DNA from: a virus
Taxonomy: Duplodnaviria; Caudoviricetes
IMG/VR virus record: IMGVR_UViG_3300025084_002858
Coordinates: 1 to 38,100 of that record
Length of the DNA stretch: 38,100 bases
Strand: one strand, 5' to 3'
In this document: in pieces, positions 15,931 to 25,806 of the stretch
How positions within the stretch are numbered: the stretch's first letter is position 1
How the letters are laid out: each line of letters opens with the position of its first letter
Made by a program: the position numbers and the translations under genes
The notes under the pieces: model-generated
Told to the model about the DNA's origin: nothing
The model's input: only the letters and a program-made list of their open reading frames with translations
Databases searched by the model: none

Positions 15931-16563
15931 ATGGGATGCTTACGACGACATGAATTGACCGGATACATCAAAGACTATGGTCTAGAGTATTACTTTGAAA
16001 CTGGAACTGGTAAAGCAGAGGCTCTACAACATGCTGTCAACTATCCATTCAAAAAGTGCTACACTGTGGATATTGATGAGGACATGGTGGAGTATTCATA
16101 CAACAAACTCAAGGATGAATCTACCTGCGATATTGAATTTTTTGTAGGAAAGTCTACTGAAGCTCTGGATGAACATGTTCCTGAGTTACCAGCAGATGTC
16201 CCCACTCTATTCTTCCTGGACGCACACTTTCCTGGAGCAGACTTTCACAAGTGTAGTTACGAAGAATCTATCCGAGAGCACAAGCAAGATGCATTTCCAC
16301 TAGAGGAAGAAGTGGATATTATTCTTAAGCATAGAGATGTTTCCAAAGATGTCTTTATTGTTGACGATTTGATTCTGTACCAAAAGGATGCTAAAGTAGA
16401 GTGTCTGCAGCAAGGTATCGTGTGGAAATACGACTGGCTTCAGGAGGAACTAAACCTTCAAACTAGCGCAAACTTCCTGTATAAGAAGTTTGAAAAGACA
16501 CATGACTTTAAAACCGACTTGAGAGATCAAGGATACCTTATTATTACACCCAAATCTAAATGA
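15931..16563 (+). CDS. Putative class I SAM-dependent methyltransferase-like protein
   Basis: FETGTG.A, TVDID, FFLDAH, FIVDD. Confidence 0.65.
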   Translation: MGCLRRHELTGYIKDYGLEYYFETGTGKAEALQHAVNYPFKKCYTVDIDEDMVEYSYNKLKDESTCDIEFFVGKSTEALDEHVPELPADVPTLFFLDAHFPGADFHKCSYEESIREHKQDAFPLEEEVDIILKHRDVSKDVFIVDDLILYQKDAKVECLQQGIVWKYDWLQEELNLQTSANFLYKKFEKTHDFKTDLRDQGYLIITPKSK

Positions 16564-17420
16564 AAACAATTGTTATTTCCTCTGACCACAACGGAGTTGA
16601 AGATAAAGAACAACTGAAGACATATTTGAAAGGTGAAGGGTATCGTGTTATTGACATCGGACCCTATACTCCAGAGGTTAGTGTTGATTATGTGGACTAT
16701 GCTGCACAACTTTCGACTATCGTAAGTAACAAGGAAGCAGACAGAGGTATCCTTCTCTGTGGCACTGGTGTTGGTATGAGTATCGTTGCTAATCGGTATC
16801 CTGGAGTCCGTGCAGTGCTCGCACATAACGAATTAACTGCTGTTAAGTCCAGGGAACATAACGATTCTAACGTCCTTTGTCTTGGATCTTGGCTTTCCTC
16901 TCAGATTGAGATGCGAGAGATGTCTAAGATGTGGTTAGATGAGGCATGGGGAGAAGGTCGTCACATTAAACGTCTGACAAAAATTGATGCCAATACAGGA
17001 ATTGTACTGACAAATGGTGTCTTTGACATTCTACATAAGGGTCATATTGAACTTCTGAAGTTCTCTAAGATGCAAGGAACGAAACTGATTATTGCTATTG
17101 ATTCTGATCGTAGAGTCAAAGAGTTGAAGGGAAATGACCGACCGATCAATAATCAGGAGGATCGTAGGAGAATTCTTGAGACCAATCGGTATGTAGATGA
17201 GGTTGTGATCTTTGATTCTGTAGAAGAATTGCAAGGATTCTACGATACTTTATCTCCAAATGTGATCGTCAAGGGGTCTGAATGGACTGCTGATGAGGTC
17301 AGAGAACGTGATAATATTCCAGAGAACATTCAGATTAAGGTTTATCCTCTGGTTGGTGACTATTCCACCACAAATACTATGCACAAGATTCGGGATATGG
17401 AAAAATGCGAGAAAATCTGA
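16560..17420 (+). CDS. Fusion: RpiB/LacAB sugar-phosphate isomerase + HldC/RfaE-II-type nucleotidyltransferase
   Basis: SDHNG, DYVD, CGTGVG, HNDSNVLCLG, GRH; then TNGVFDILHKGH, KG..RPIN, YSTT. Confidence 0.9.
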   Translation: MKTIVISSDHNGVEDKEQLKTYLKGEGYRVIDIGPYTPEVSVDYVDYAAQLSTIVSNKEADRGILLCGTGVGMSIVANRYPGVRAVLAHNELTAVKSREHNDSNVLCLGSWLSSQIEMREMSKMWLDEAWGEGRHIKRLTKIDANTGIVLTNGVFDILHKGHIELLKFSKMQGTKLIIAIDSDRRVKELKGNDRPINNQEDRRRILETNRYVDEVVIFDSVEELQGFYDTLSPNVIVKGSEWTADEVRERDNIPENIQIKVYPLVGDYSTTNTMHKIRDMEKCEKI

Positions 17421-18184
17421 AGTATCTAATTATTGGTGATACGATTATTGATGAGACTGTTGAGTTGAAAGTCAGTGGTCTTTCTTTGGAATCACCTACA
17501 ATTAAAACCACTCCTGTTGATCGATACTATGACTATGGTGGTGCTGCAAATGTGGCAAAATACCTGTCAAAGTTTGGTAGAGACGTGACATTTGTCACTT
17601 CTATGGATATTTCTATGGCAGAAATGTTTGAAGAGAAGTATAATGTTCGAGTATTGAATTATTTTCAGGGAAAACCAAATGTCAAGACCAGATATTGGGT
17701 GAGCCATGGTGATTCTAGATACAAACATCTCCAGGTAAATGATGTAAACGGTGAGTTTTCCTTATCAACTCTAGAAAATTTTGACATAGATGGGTATGAT
17801 ATCGTTGCATTCTCTGACTATCGTTGTGGATTTATCAAGGAGTCATTCATCTCTCATGTGACAAACACTGGGAAAATTACATACGCATCTTCTCAAATTT
17901 CTAGTCAACAATCCAACTATGATCGGTATTTTGATATCGATTATCTTGTTTGTAACAAACATGAGTCTCAATTTACTGATAGATTGACCAATATTTGCAT
18001 CACTATGGGTGATGAAGGGTGTATAATGAACGGCATAAAGCACTCTATTGCTCCTGTAAAGGACCCAATAAATACGATTGGTGCAGGTGATTGCTTCTAT
18101 GCCGCTCTGTTAGCGACAGGCGATCCCAACTTTGCTAATAAAAAAGCGTCTGAGTATGTTTCTAACAATATTGAAAGAGATTGA
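17405..18184 (+). CDS. PfkB-family sugar kinase (HldA/RfaE-I-like)
   Basis: IGDTIID, SLESP, GGAANVA, FSDY..G, NTIGAGDCF. Confidence 0.85.
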   Translation: MRENLKYLIIGDTIIDETVELKVSGLSLESPTIKTTPVDRYYDYGGAANVAKYLSKFGRDVTFVTSMDISMAEMFEEKYNVRVLNYFQGKPNVKTRYWVSHGDSRYKHLQVNDVNGEFSLSTLENFDIDGYDIVAFSDYRCGFIKESFISHVTNTGKITYASSQISSQQSNYDRYFDIDYLVCNKHESQFTDRLTNICITMGDEGCIMNGIKHSIAPVKDPINTIGAGDCFYAALLATGDPNFANKKASEYVSNNIERD

Positions 18185-18860
18185 GGACTGCCTCAAGCTT
18201 AACAAGAGTCTAAAAGAAAATAACTTAGTAAAACTAACTTGGGGTAATGCTAGTGTGCTTTCCGAAGATGGAAAGCATGTTGTGATCAAACCATCTGGGG
18301 TTGACTTTGACAAAATTAAGTTCAGTGATCTCTGTATCATAGAACTCTATACTGGAAAGTTGATTTCTGGAATGAAACCATCTGTAGATACTGCTATTCA
18401 CTTAGAGATCTACAAGGCATTTCCAGAGATCAAGTCTATTATCCATAGTCATTCTAAGTTTGCAACCTCTTGGGCTCAGGCACTGAAGTCCATTCCAATC
18501 CTTGGAACTACACATGCAGACTATTTCTTGTCTGACATTCCGATTGCAAGGCAACTTGAGAAGAATGAACTGGAAGAATATGAAAAGAATCTAGGACAGT
18601 CTGTTGTTGATTATTTTCAAAAGCACAAGGTTAATCCTCTGAATATTCCTGCAATACTTCTGCCTGGGCATGGTGTTATGGTCTTCTCCAACTCACCAAA
18701 GAGAACTTTGGAGTGTGCTATCGTGCTTGAAGAAATAGCAGAGATGGCGTATTATACTGTAAAGATAAATCCAAACATAGAACAAACAGAATTATCTGAA
18801 ATTTTGTACGAAAAACACTTTGAACGAAAGAATGGCATCAACAAATACTACGGACAATAG
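18156..18860 (+). CDS. araD: L-ribulose-5-phosphate 4-epimerase (class II aldolase family)
   Basis: TWGNAS, IKPSGV, PSVDT..H, HSHS.FATSWAQA, GTTHADYF, GHG; start may be TTG 18171. Confidence 0.85.
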   Translation: MFLTILKEIEDCLKLNKSLKENNLVKLTWGNASVLSEDGKHVVIKPSGVDFDKIKFSDLCIIELYTGKLISGMKPSVDTAIHLEIYKAFPEIKSIIHSHSKFATSWAQALKSIPILGTTHADYFLSDIPIARQLEKNELEEYEKNLGQSVVDYFQKHKVNPLNIPAILLPGHGVMVFSNSPKRTLECAIVLEEIAEMAYYTVKINPNIEQTELSEILYEKHFERKNGINKYYGQ

Positions 18861-19257
18861 TTACGGAAGACAGGACTTACCCCCTGTTCTTAAGTGTGAT
18901 GAGAAGAGAGACAAGTATTGGGGTTACATTACCACAGTGTTTGCTACTGAAGACTTCACACTCAAAGAAGTCTTTATGAAGGGTGGTACTCAAAGTAGTA
19001 TGGAGTATCATGTCAATAAAGACGAATATTACTACATCCAATCTGGTAAATTAAAGGTTGGAATGAGGATCGGAAGAGCAAAAAACAAGTCAATCATTCT
19101 TGAAGCAGGTGATGTGTTTCACATTCCACCAGGTTTGATGCATATGCGTATTGCAATTGAGGACACGCTTGTGATAGAATGGTCGAATAAAGACGATGAT
19201 AGTGACTCTAACATCGTTGAAGATGGCAAAACCTACGTATTTACTGAAGACGAATGA
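18832..19257 (+). CDS. Cupin-fold sugar isomerase-like protein
   Basis: KYWG, SMEYH..KDEYYYI..G, GDVFHIPPG.MH. Confidence 0.8.
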   Translation: MASTNTTDNSYGRQDLPPVLKCDEKRDKYWGYITTVFATEDFTLKEVFMKGGTQSSMEYHVNKDEYYYIQSGKLKVGMRIGRAKNKSIILEAGDVFHIPPGLMHMRIAIEDTLVIEWSNKDDDSDSNIVEDGKTYVFTEDE

Positions 19258-19925
19258 ATTATCTGTTTGCTGACACAGCTAACCTTGATGAGATCAAGGT
19301 AGCACATGACATGGGTGTGATTCAAGGTGTGACAACCAATCCATCCATTATTGCTAAAGAACCACAAGGAAGTTTTGATGATTTGATCATGAAACTCTCT
19401 GAGTATTGTGGTGCAGAGAAACTTTCTCTGAGTGTAGAGGTCTTTGCTGAAGAATATGATGCGATCGTGAAGCAGGCATGTGAGATCTATGAGAAGTTCT
19501 CTGCTGTATGTCCTGATCTTTACGTCAAAATTCCTGTTGGATTTGATGAACTACGAGCAATCAAGACTTGTTCTAAGAATGGTGTAAAGATTAATGCTAC
19601 TATCTGCTATAGTGAACAGCAACTTATTCACTGTGCCTCTGCTGGTGCCAAGTATGTTTCTCTGTTCTATTGCCGACTGAAGCAACATGGTGGTGATGTA
19701 GAGAGGGCTCTGAAGAGAACTCGACGCTACATTCTTGAGAACGGTTTGGACACTCAGATTATCGCTGGTAGTATTCGCACACAGCAAGACGTGTGTGATG
19801 CCTGGGATTATGGTGCTGACATCGTTACAACGGGCCTTCCTGTTATTAAAGAGATGGTTTCTCACCCCAAAACAACGGAATCTTATAATGGATTCATGAA
19901 TGATTTTTCTGCGTGGATGAATTGA
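19254..19925 (+). CDS. Transaldolase (short TalC/FSA-size family)
   Basis: DTAN, GVTTNPS, Schiff-base VKIP, INAT, AGSIR. Confidence 0.9.
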   Translation: MNYLFADTANLDEIKVAHDMGVIQGVTTNPSIIAKEPQGSFDDLIMKLSEYCGAEKLSLSVEVFAEEYDAIVKQACEIYEKFSAVCPDLYVKIPVGFDELRAIKTCSKNGVKINATICYSEQQLIHCASAGAKYVSLFYCRLKQHGGDVERALKRTRRYILENGLDTQIIAGSIRTQQDVCDAWDYGADIVTTGLPVIKEMVSHPKTTESYNGFMNDFSAWMN

Positions 19926-20677
19926 TGAATAGGATTGAAGATTATCTTGAACTAAAATTGAATCTTGTTAAGTGGATTAAAGAATACGCAGACAAAAATA
20001 AGATCAAATCACTGGTCGTTGGTGTATCGGGTGGTATTGATTCTGCTGTAGTCTCTACTCTTTGTGCTGAGACTGGACTTCCTACTTATGTTTTAGGTAT
20101 GCCTATTCATCAGAAAGAAGATCAGGAAAATTTATCAGATATACATCTTGATTGGTTGGTAGGGAAATATGCCAACGTAACCAAACTTAAGTACGACTTA
20201 TCCAATACATTTAATACATTTGTATCTGCTATGGATGGGTATAACGAAAATAAACTTGCTCTTGCAAACACTAGATCTCGTATTCGCATGGTGACTTTAT
20301 ATCAGGTTGCTGGATCTGTAGGTGGTATCGTAGTAGGTACAGGAAATAAAGTTGAAGATTACGGTGTCGGATTCTATACTAAATATGGTGACGGAGGAGT
20401 TGATATCGCTCCTATCGCAGACCTTTACAAAACTGAAGTATGGGAACTTGGAAAATTTTTGGGAGTTGACCCAGGAATTATTGAAGCAAAACCAACTGAT
20501 GGATTATGGGATGATGGTAGAAACGATGAAGACCAACTAGGTGCTTCTTATGAAGATCTAGAGTATGCCATGGAGCATGGCCATGGACCTGCCGTTAGAG
20601 TCTTACATGACTTTAATGCCCAAAATAAGCATAAAATGATACCTATTCCTACATTCAAACTGGAGAGTAAAGTATGA
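19925..20677 (+). CDS. nadE: NH3-dependent NAD+ synthetase
   Basis: GVSGGIDSAV, N..SRIRM, GTGNKVE, GFYTKYGDGG, DLYKTEV, PTDGLW, DEDQLG; no glutaminase domain. Confidence 0.92.
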   Translation: MNRIEDYLELKLNLVKWIKEYADKNKIKSLVVGVSGGIDSAVVSTLCAETGLPTYVLGMPIHQKEDQENLSDIHLDWLVGKYANVTKLKYDLSNTFNTFVSAMDGYNENKLALANTRSRIRMVTLYQVAGSVGGIVVGTGNKVEDYGVGFYTKYGDGGVDIAPIADLYKTEVWELGKFLGVDPGIIEAKPTDGLWDDGRNDEDQLGASYEDLEYAMEHGHGPAVRVLHDFNAQNKHKMIPIPTFKLESKV

Positions 20678-21900
20678 CAAACGTTGCGATGATTGGCGTA
20701 GGCAAGTTGGGTCAAGCCTGCGCTGAAGTTATGGCAGAAACATATCCAGTTGTTGGATATGATGTATCTCCCAGAAGTCCTAAGAACTTTGAAATGGTTG
20801 ATACTGTTGAGAAGGCAGTGAACTTTGGCGATATTATTTTTATCGCTGCTCCTACTCCTCATGATCCCCTGTATGATGGCCGTCAACCAACTGCTCATCT
20901 ACCTAACAAAGATTTTGACTACACGATTGTCAAAGAGATTATTGGCAACGTAAATCAATATGCAGACAAGTCTAAACTTGTAGTGCTGATCTCCACAGTT
21001 CTTCCTGGCACCACACGTCGGGAACTTGAACCGTTGATTACTAATGCAAGGTTCGTCTACAATCCATATCTGATTGCTATGGGTACTGTTGGTTGGGACT
21101 TCTCTAATCCAGAGATGGTGATGATTGGAACTGACGATGGATCTGAGACTGGTGATGCAAAAGAACTGATCGACTTCTATCTTCCTATGATGAAGAATGC
21201 TCCACGTTTCGTTGTAGGAACCTGGGACGAGTGTGAGTGCATTAAGATTTTCTACAATACCTTCATCTCTGCCAAACTCAGTCTGGTTAATATGATCCAG
21301 GATGTTGCAGAGAAGCAGGGTAACATTAATGTTGACGTTGTTACCGATGCACTGAAGAACTCTGATCAACGTATCATGGGCCCTCGCTACATGAAGGCAG
21401 GTATGGGTGATGGTGGTGCTTGTCACCCTAGAGATAATATTGCTTTACGTTGGATGTCAGATAACCTTGATTTGGGTTATGATATCTTTGACGCTATCAT
21501 GGAAGCAAGAGAGATTCAGGCAAAGAACATCGCTATCAAACTCCTGGAACCTGGTCTTCCTGTTGTGATTGTTGGTAAGGCATACAAACCCCACGTTCAC
21601 TACGTTGACGGATCTTACAGCATCTTGGTGGGGCATTACGTTGAAGAACTTGGCGGCACTGTCTACTATGATGATGACTATACTGGGGATAAACCGCCCG
21701 AAGATTTAGGTGCTGCATCTTATCTGTTGGGACATGATCCTGAGTCTGCATTCCTTGGATGTCTTGATCCTGATCCAGACAAGGAAGAGTCTTCTATCTT
21801 CCCAGAGGGGTCTGTAATTATTGATCCTTGGAGAAAGTGTCCAGATATTCCTGGATGCACAGTTGTTCACTATGGTAATACCAGATTCAAGAGAGGTTGA
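20674..21900 (+). CDS. UDP-glucose/GDP-mannose dehydrogenase family protein
   Basis: GVGKLG, STVLPG, YNP, KIFYN, GGACHPRD, AYKP, IDPW. Confidence 0.9.
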   Translation: MTNVAMIGVGKLGQACAEVMAETYPVVGYDVSPRSPKNFEMVDTVEKAVNFGDIIFIAAPTPHDPLYDGRQPTAHLPNKDFDYTIVKEIIGNVNQYADKSKLVVLISTVLPGTTRRELEPLITNARFVYNPYLIAMGTVGWDFSNPEMVMIGTDDGSETGDAKELIDFYLPMMKNAPRFVVGTWDECECIKIFYNTFISAKLSLVNMIQDVAEKQGNINVDVVTDALKNSDQRIMGPRYMKAGMGDGGACHPRDNIALRWMSDNLDLGYDIFDAIMEAREIQAKNIAIKLLEPGLPVVIVGKAYKPHVHYVDGSYSILVGHYVEELGGTVYYDDDYTGDKPPEDLGAASYLLGHDPESAFLGCLDPDPDKEESSIFPEGSVIIDPWRKCPDIPGCTVVHYGNTRFKRG

Positions 21901-21901
21901 T

Positions 21902-22687
21902 ATGTTAAAATTTTCAGACAGAATGAGAAATGGACAATCCCCTTGGATTGTCAACATTTATGAGCAGTTCTTCAAAGATAAGACTGATGGATTCCTTGTA
22001 GAGATTGGTGTTGGTGAAGTTCTTGACTGGACCAAGATGGGATTTCATAGTTCCACTGGATCTGGTGATAAGGGATATGTGAATGCTAATAGCACTGACA
22101 GAGTTCTTGACTGGGATGTTGATTGGGACAACGGTAAGATCATTCAAGGTGACAATCACACTGTAGAATTAGTTCAACAAGGTTGGACTGGTATCTACAT
22201 CGATCCTCTTCGTGAGTTTATTGATAATGAACTGGAACCTGTATTCAAAAAGACTCTGACTGAAGAGCATTTCAATAAGATCAAGTTTGTGCGACAAGGA
22301 GCCTCTGATAGAAAGAAGGTATGTGTGCTAGAGCATCATGAAACTCTTGCTGAGACGGATGATTTTACGATTACTGGTGAGATTCAACCATACAATTATC
22401 AAGGAAGAAAGGTTGTTTGTGATAGAACATCTGATATCCTAGAAGAGAATGGTTGCCCCTATGATATCGACTTTATGTTGATTGATGCCGAGTCTGCTGA
22501 GGTTGACATCATTAATGGTATTGACTTTGATAAGCATAGACCTAGACTGATGTTCATCGAGACCATGCACACGGGTAGAGAAGCAATCACAGATGTCCTT
22601 CCTGATGAATACATCGAGGCAGTGACTGATGGATTGAATACTCTGTACGTTCATGAGAACTTCTATAAGGGACCAATCATCTTATGA
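21902..22687 (+). CDS. FkbM-like methyltransferase
   Basis: GFLVEIG, GWTGIYIDP, IDFMLIDAESAE; GAGG SD before ATG 21902. Confidence 0.7.
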   Translation: MLKFSDRMRNGQSPWIVNIYEQFFKDKTDGFLVEIGVGEVLDWTKMGFHSSTGSGDKGYVNANSTDRVLDWDVDWDNGKIIQGDNHTVELVQQGWTGIYIDPLREFIDNELEPVFKKTLTEEHFNKIKFVRQGASDRKKVCVLEHHETLAETDDFTITGEIQPYNYQGRKVVCDRTSDILEENGCPYDIDFMLIDAESAEVDIINGIDFDKHRPRLMFIETMHTGREAITDVLPDEYIEAVTDGLNTLYVHENFYKGPIIL

Positions 22688-23493
22688 GTAGGGTAAAGTA
22701 TAATCTGGTGGGTAATACCTTTACTCACCTTACTAACGGGAACAAAGGATATTCCGTACATGGGAAGGAATCAAAATATCTTGAGTGGAGTAATGATAAT
22801 CCTTTAGCAGAGGGAACTTTCTATATTGATAATACTATCAACGATGGTATTAATGATGATCGAAAAGGTCTGAAGTATCTTTGGCTTTTAGAGTCCAAGT
22901 ATATCAAGCAAGGACTGGTAGAAAGTATCATCGCCAATCGTGAATTGGTTGAAGATACCTATGAGACTATCTTCACTCATGATCAGAGGTTGCTCTCTCT
23001 TGGTGGTAAGTATAAGTGGGTTCCTGCTCAAGGTTTCTGGATCAAGGAACCAAAGATCTATGAGAAGTCAAAAATGATTTCTATGATTGCTTCTAATAAA
23101 AACATGTGCGAAGGGCATAGACTTCGCCTTGAATGGGTAGAGAAGATTGGTGATCAAGTTGATCTCTATGGCCGTGGATTTAATGAGATTGAAGATAAAG
23201 AAGAGGGACTTTGTGATTACATGTTCTCTGTTGCAATTGAGAACGGACAGTATAAAACATATTTCACTGAAAAGATTCTAGATTGTTTTGCCACAGGAAC
23301 CATTCCTGTGTATCTTGGTGCTCCTGATATTGGTGATCACTTTAATATGGATGGAATCATTCAGTTGAGTGATGAGTTTGACATCTCAGATGACATTTAT
23401 TATGATAGGATGGATGCGATCAAAGATAATTTAGAACGCGCAAAGAAAATGGAAGTTTTAGAAGACTTCATTTGGGAAAACTACTTACGGTAA
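22684..23493 (+). CDS. GT10-like (alpha-1,3-fucosyltransferase family) glycosyltransferase
   Basis: YMFSVAIEN...YFTEKILDCF..GTIPVYLG. Confidence 0.8.
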   Translation: MSRVKYNLVGNTFTHLTNGNKGYSVHGKESKYLEWSNDNPLAEGTFYIDNTINDGINDDRKGLKYLWLLESKYIKQGLVESIIANRELVEDTYETIFTHDQRLLSLGGKYKWVPAQGFWIKEPKIYEKSKMISMIASNKNMCEGHRLRLEWVEKIGDQVDLYGRGFNEIEDKEEGLCDYMFSVAIENGQYKTYFTEKILDCFATGTIPVYLGAPDIGDHFNMDGIIQLSDEFDISDDIYYDRMDAIKDNLERAKKMEVLEDFIWENYLR

Positions 23494-23494
23494 A

Positions 23495-24310
23495 ATGGTA
23501 ACGGCAACACTAAGACATATTAAAGACTTTCATTATTGGAACCTAGGACCAGACGGCACGTATCAGAACGGATTTTATCCAAGTCTGGTACGTGTTCCTG
23601 GTAGAAAGGGCTATATTGGAACCTGTAGGAATGGTAGGGCAAACCTTGATGATGTCTTGCATATCATTCACTATGATGACGATTTCAACCTGACTTATAG
23701 AAAAGAGATTACCAAAGGTGAAGACCCTAGGACGTTTGTCTTTAATAATAAGGCATACTCCCTGACCTGGGATCCTAATCATCAAGAGATCTTGAGATAT
23801 AAGTTAGTTGACTTGATTGACGAGAAAGTAATCAATCTCTATATCGATAATGTTCCACCATCTCCTCTCCGCGTTCTTGGTAAGAATTGGATGACCATGC
23901 AGAAGGATGGTGAACTTTACATTCTTCTGACTATTGACCCAGAGATTAATATTCTTCACGTTGATATTGAGACTGGTGAGTGTACATGGGTAACACCATT
24001 TGAAAATGTACAAAGAGGTTTGCCCATTTCAGATAGCAGAGGTGGAAGTCCTTTGATTTTCCATGAGAAACTGGATATGTATATTGGTTTGGGTCATAGA
24101 ACTCACAACTATGAAAGGCATACACCATTCCTTTACACACTGTCAAAGGACTTTAAGACTTCTGTAATGGGTGAGGATATTGAAACTGGTAAGACTGTAG
24201 TGGAGGATCCTCTCTCAATCTATGAGGAAGATGGAAAGATCTATTGTTGCATTAGTAATTGGCTTCACCCAGATGGATGTGCTAATTTGTATGAGGTTAC
24301 TGTAGAATGA
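23495..24310 (+). CDS. Putative beta-propeller glycosidase/phosphorylase-like protein
   Basis: GEDPRTF, KNW, RGGSP motifs. Confidence 0.55.
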   Translation: MVTATLRHIKDFHYWNLGPDGTYQNGFYPSLVRVPGRKGYIGTCRNGRANLDDVLHIIHYDDDFNLTYRKEITKGEDPRTFVFNNKAYSLTWDPNHQEILRYKLVDLIDEKVINLYIDNVPPSPLRVLGKNWMTMQKDGELYILLTIDPEINILHVDIETGECTWVTPFENVQRGLPISDSRGGSPLIFHEKLDMYIGLGHRTHNYERHTPFLYTLSKDFKTSVMGEDIETGKTVVEDPLSIYEEDGKIYCCISNWLHPDGCANLYEVTVE

Positions 24311-24654
24311 GATACGTTGTAGATATTGACGGAACTATCTGTATTCCTGGTCCTACTGATGAAACAAGGTATGATCAGGCACTTCCAATTCAGGATCGGA
24401 TAGATGAAATAAATAAGTTGTATGATGAAGGTCACACTATCATCTACTTAACTGCCAGAGGAATGGGTAGGCACAAAAATAATGCAAACCTGGCAAGACA
24501 AGAATTTTACGAATTTACTGAAATACAATTGAGTTTGTGGGGATGTAAATATCATGAACTTCATCTTGGAAAACCTACGGCTGATTTTTATATTGATGAT
24601 AGGGGGGTAAATTCTGATGAGTTCTTTTCACAAGAAACCGTGGGGAGGGTATGA
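24307..24654 (+). CDS. Small HAD-family phosphatase
   Basis: DIDGT, LTARG, GKP, YIDDR. Confidence 0.85.
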   Translation: MRYVVDIDGTICIPGPTDETRYDQALPIQDRIDEINKLYDEGHTIIYLTARGMGRHKNNANLARQEFYEFTEIQLSLWGCKYHELHLGKPTADFYIDDRGVNSDEFFSQETVGRV

Positions 24655-24958
24655 AGTTCTACTAGATTCTGAAACTTATAAAGTAAAGAGAATCATAGTA
24701 GATCCATATCAACAGTTTTCACTTCAGTATCACAATAAAAGAGTAGAGCACTGGGTGATTGTAGATGGTGGAGGTAAAGTAATCGTTGATAACAGCGAAC
24801 ATATTGCCTTCCTTAGATCTTCATGGTATATTAAAGAGAAATCTATTCATAGAGCAACAGCTGCTTCGGACGGATTAGTTTTTATCGAAACCCAAATTGG
24901 TAAGTGTGATGAAGATGATATCGTCAGAATACAAGATGATTATGGAAGAGTAACATGA
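24617..24958 (+). CDS. Cupin, mannose-6-phosphate isomerase type II C-terminal-like
   Basis: KPWGGY, SLQYH..R.EHW, IETQ.G...EDDIVR..DDYGR. Confidence 0.85.
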   Translation: MSSFHKKPWGGYEVLLDSETYKVKRIIVDPYQQFSLQYHNKRVEHWVIVDGGGKVIVDNSEHIAFLRSSWYIKEKSIHRATAASDGLVFIETQIGKCDEDDIVRIQDDYGRVT

Positions 24959-25806
24959 AAGTTTTAAATCTCGGATCAAGTGGGCAAATTGGTGCCTACC
25001 TTACAGAATACCTTCGCAAGAAAGGTCATGAGGTTATCGAGTATGATAAGAACCTTGGAGCACAATACAACCTCACTGCTATACCTAGCACCTGGTTAGA
25101 GTCCTGTATCAAGCAAGCAGACTTTGTATTCTTCCTTGCCTTTGATGTAGGTGGTTCACGATACCTGAAGAAGTATCAGCATACCTTTGACTTCATCAAT
25201 AATAATACTAGACTGATGGCAAATGTCTTCGGTCTGTTGGAGAAGTACAATAAAAGATTTGTGTTTGCATCATCTCAGATGAGCAACATGTCTTACTCTC
25301 CTTATGGTGTAATGAAACGAGTGGGTGAACTTTACACTACATCACTGAAGGGACTAACTGTTAAGTTCTGGAATGTGTATGGTATCGAGAAAGACATGGA
25401 CAAGGCTCATGTCATCACTGACTTCATCAAGAAAGGATTTGAAGAGGGTGATTTTGAGATGATGACCGATGGCACTGAAGAACGTCAGTTCCTCTATGCT
25501 GAGGACTGTTGTGAGGCACTTGAATCCATCATGGAAAACTATACTGACTTTAAATCAGAAGATCCCCTGCACATTACATCTTTCCATGCAACATCTATTA
25601 AAGAAGTTGCTGCAATCATCATGGGACAGTTCAATTTGATTGACAAACCAGTTAGAATTAATCCTGGTCTTGCAAAAGATAGTGTGCAGATGGATAAGAG
25701 AAATGAGGCAGATACTTATATCACTGGATGGTGGATGCCTAAAACTAACATGCAAGACGGTATCAAAGCAGTCTTTGACGAAATGAAAAAGGAGTATGGT
25801 TACTGA
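24955..25806 (+). CDS. NAD-dependent nucleotide-sugar epimerase/dehydratase
   Basis: GSSGQIG, FASS, YGVMK, NVYG. Confidence 0.85.
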   Translation: MKVLNLGSSGQIGAYLTEYLRKKGHEVIEYDKNLGAQYNLTAIPSTWLESCIKQADFVFFLAFDVGGSRYLKKYQHTFDFINNNTRLMANVFGLLEKYNKRFVFASSQMSNMSYSPYGVMKRVGELYTTSLKGLTVKFWNVYGIEKDMDKAHVITDFIKKGFEEGDFEMMTDGTEERQFLYAEDCCEALESIMENYTDFKSEDPLHITSFHATSIKEVAAIIMGQFNLIDKPVRINPGLAKDSVQMDKRNEADTYITGWWMPKTNMQDGIKAVFDEMKKEYGY

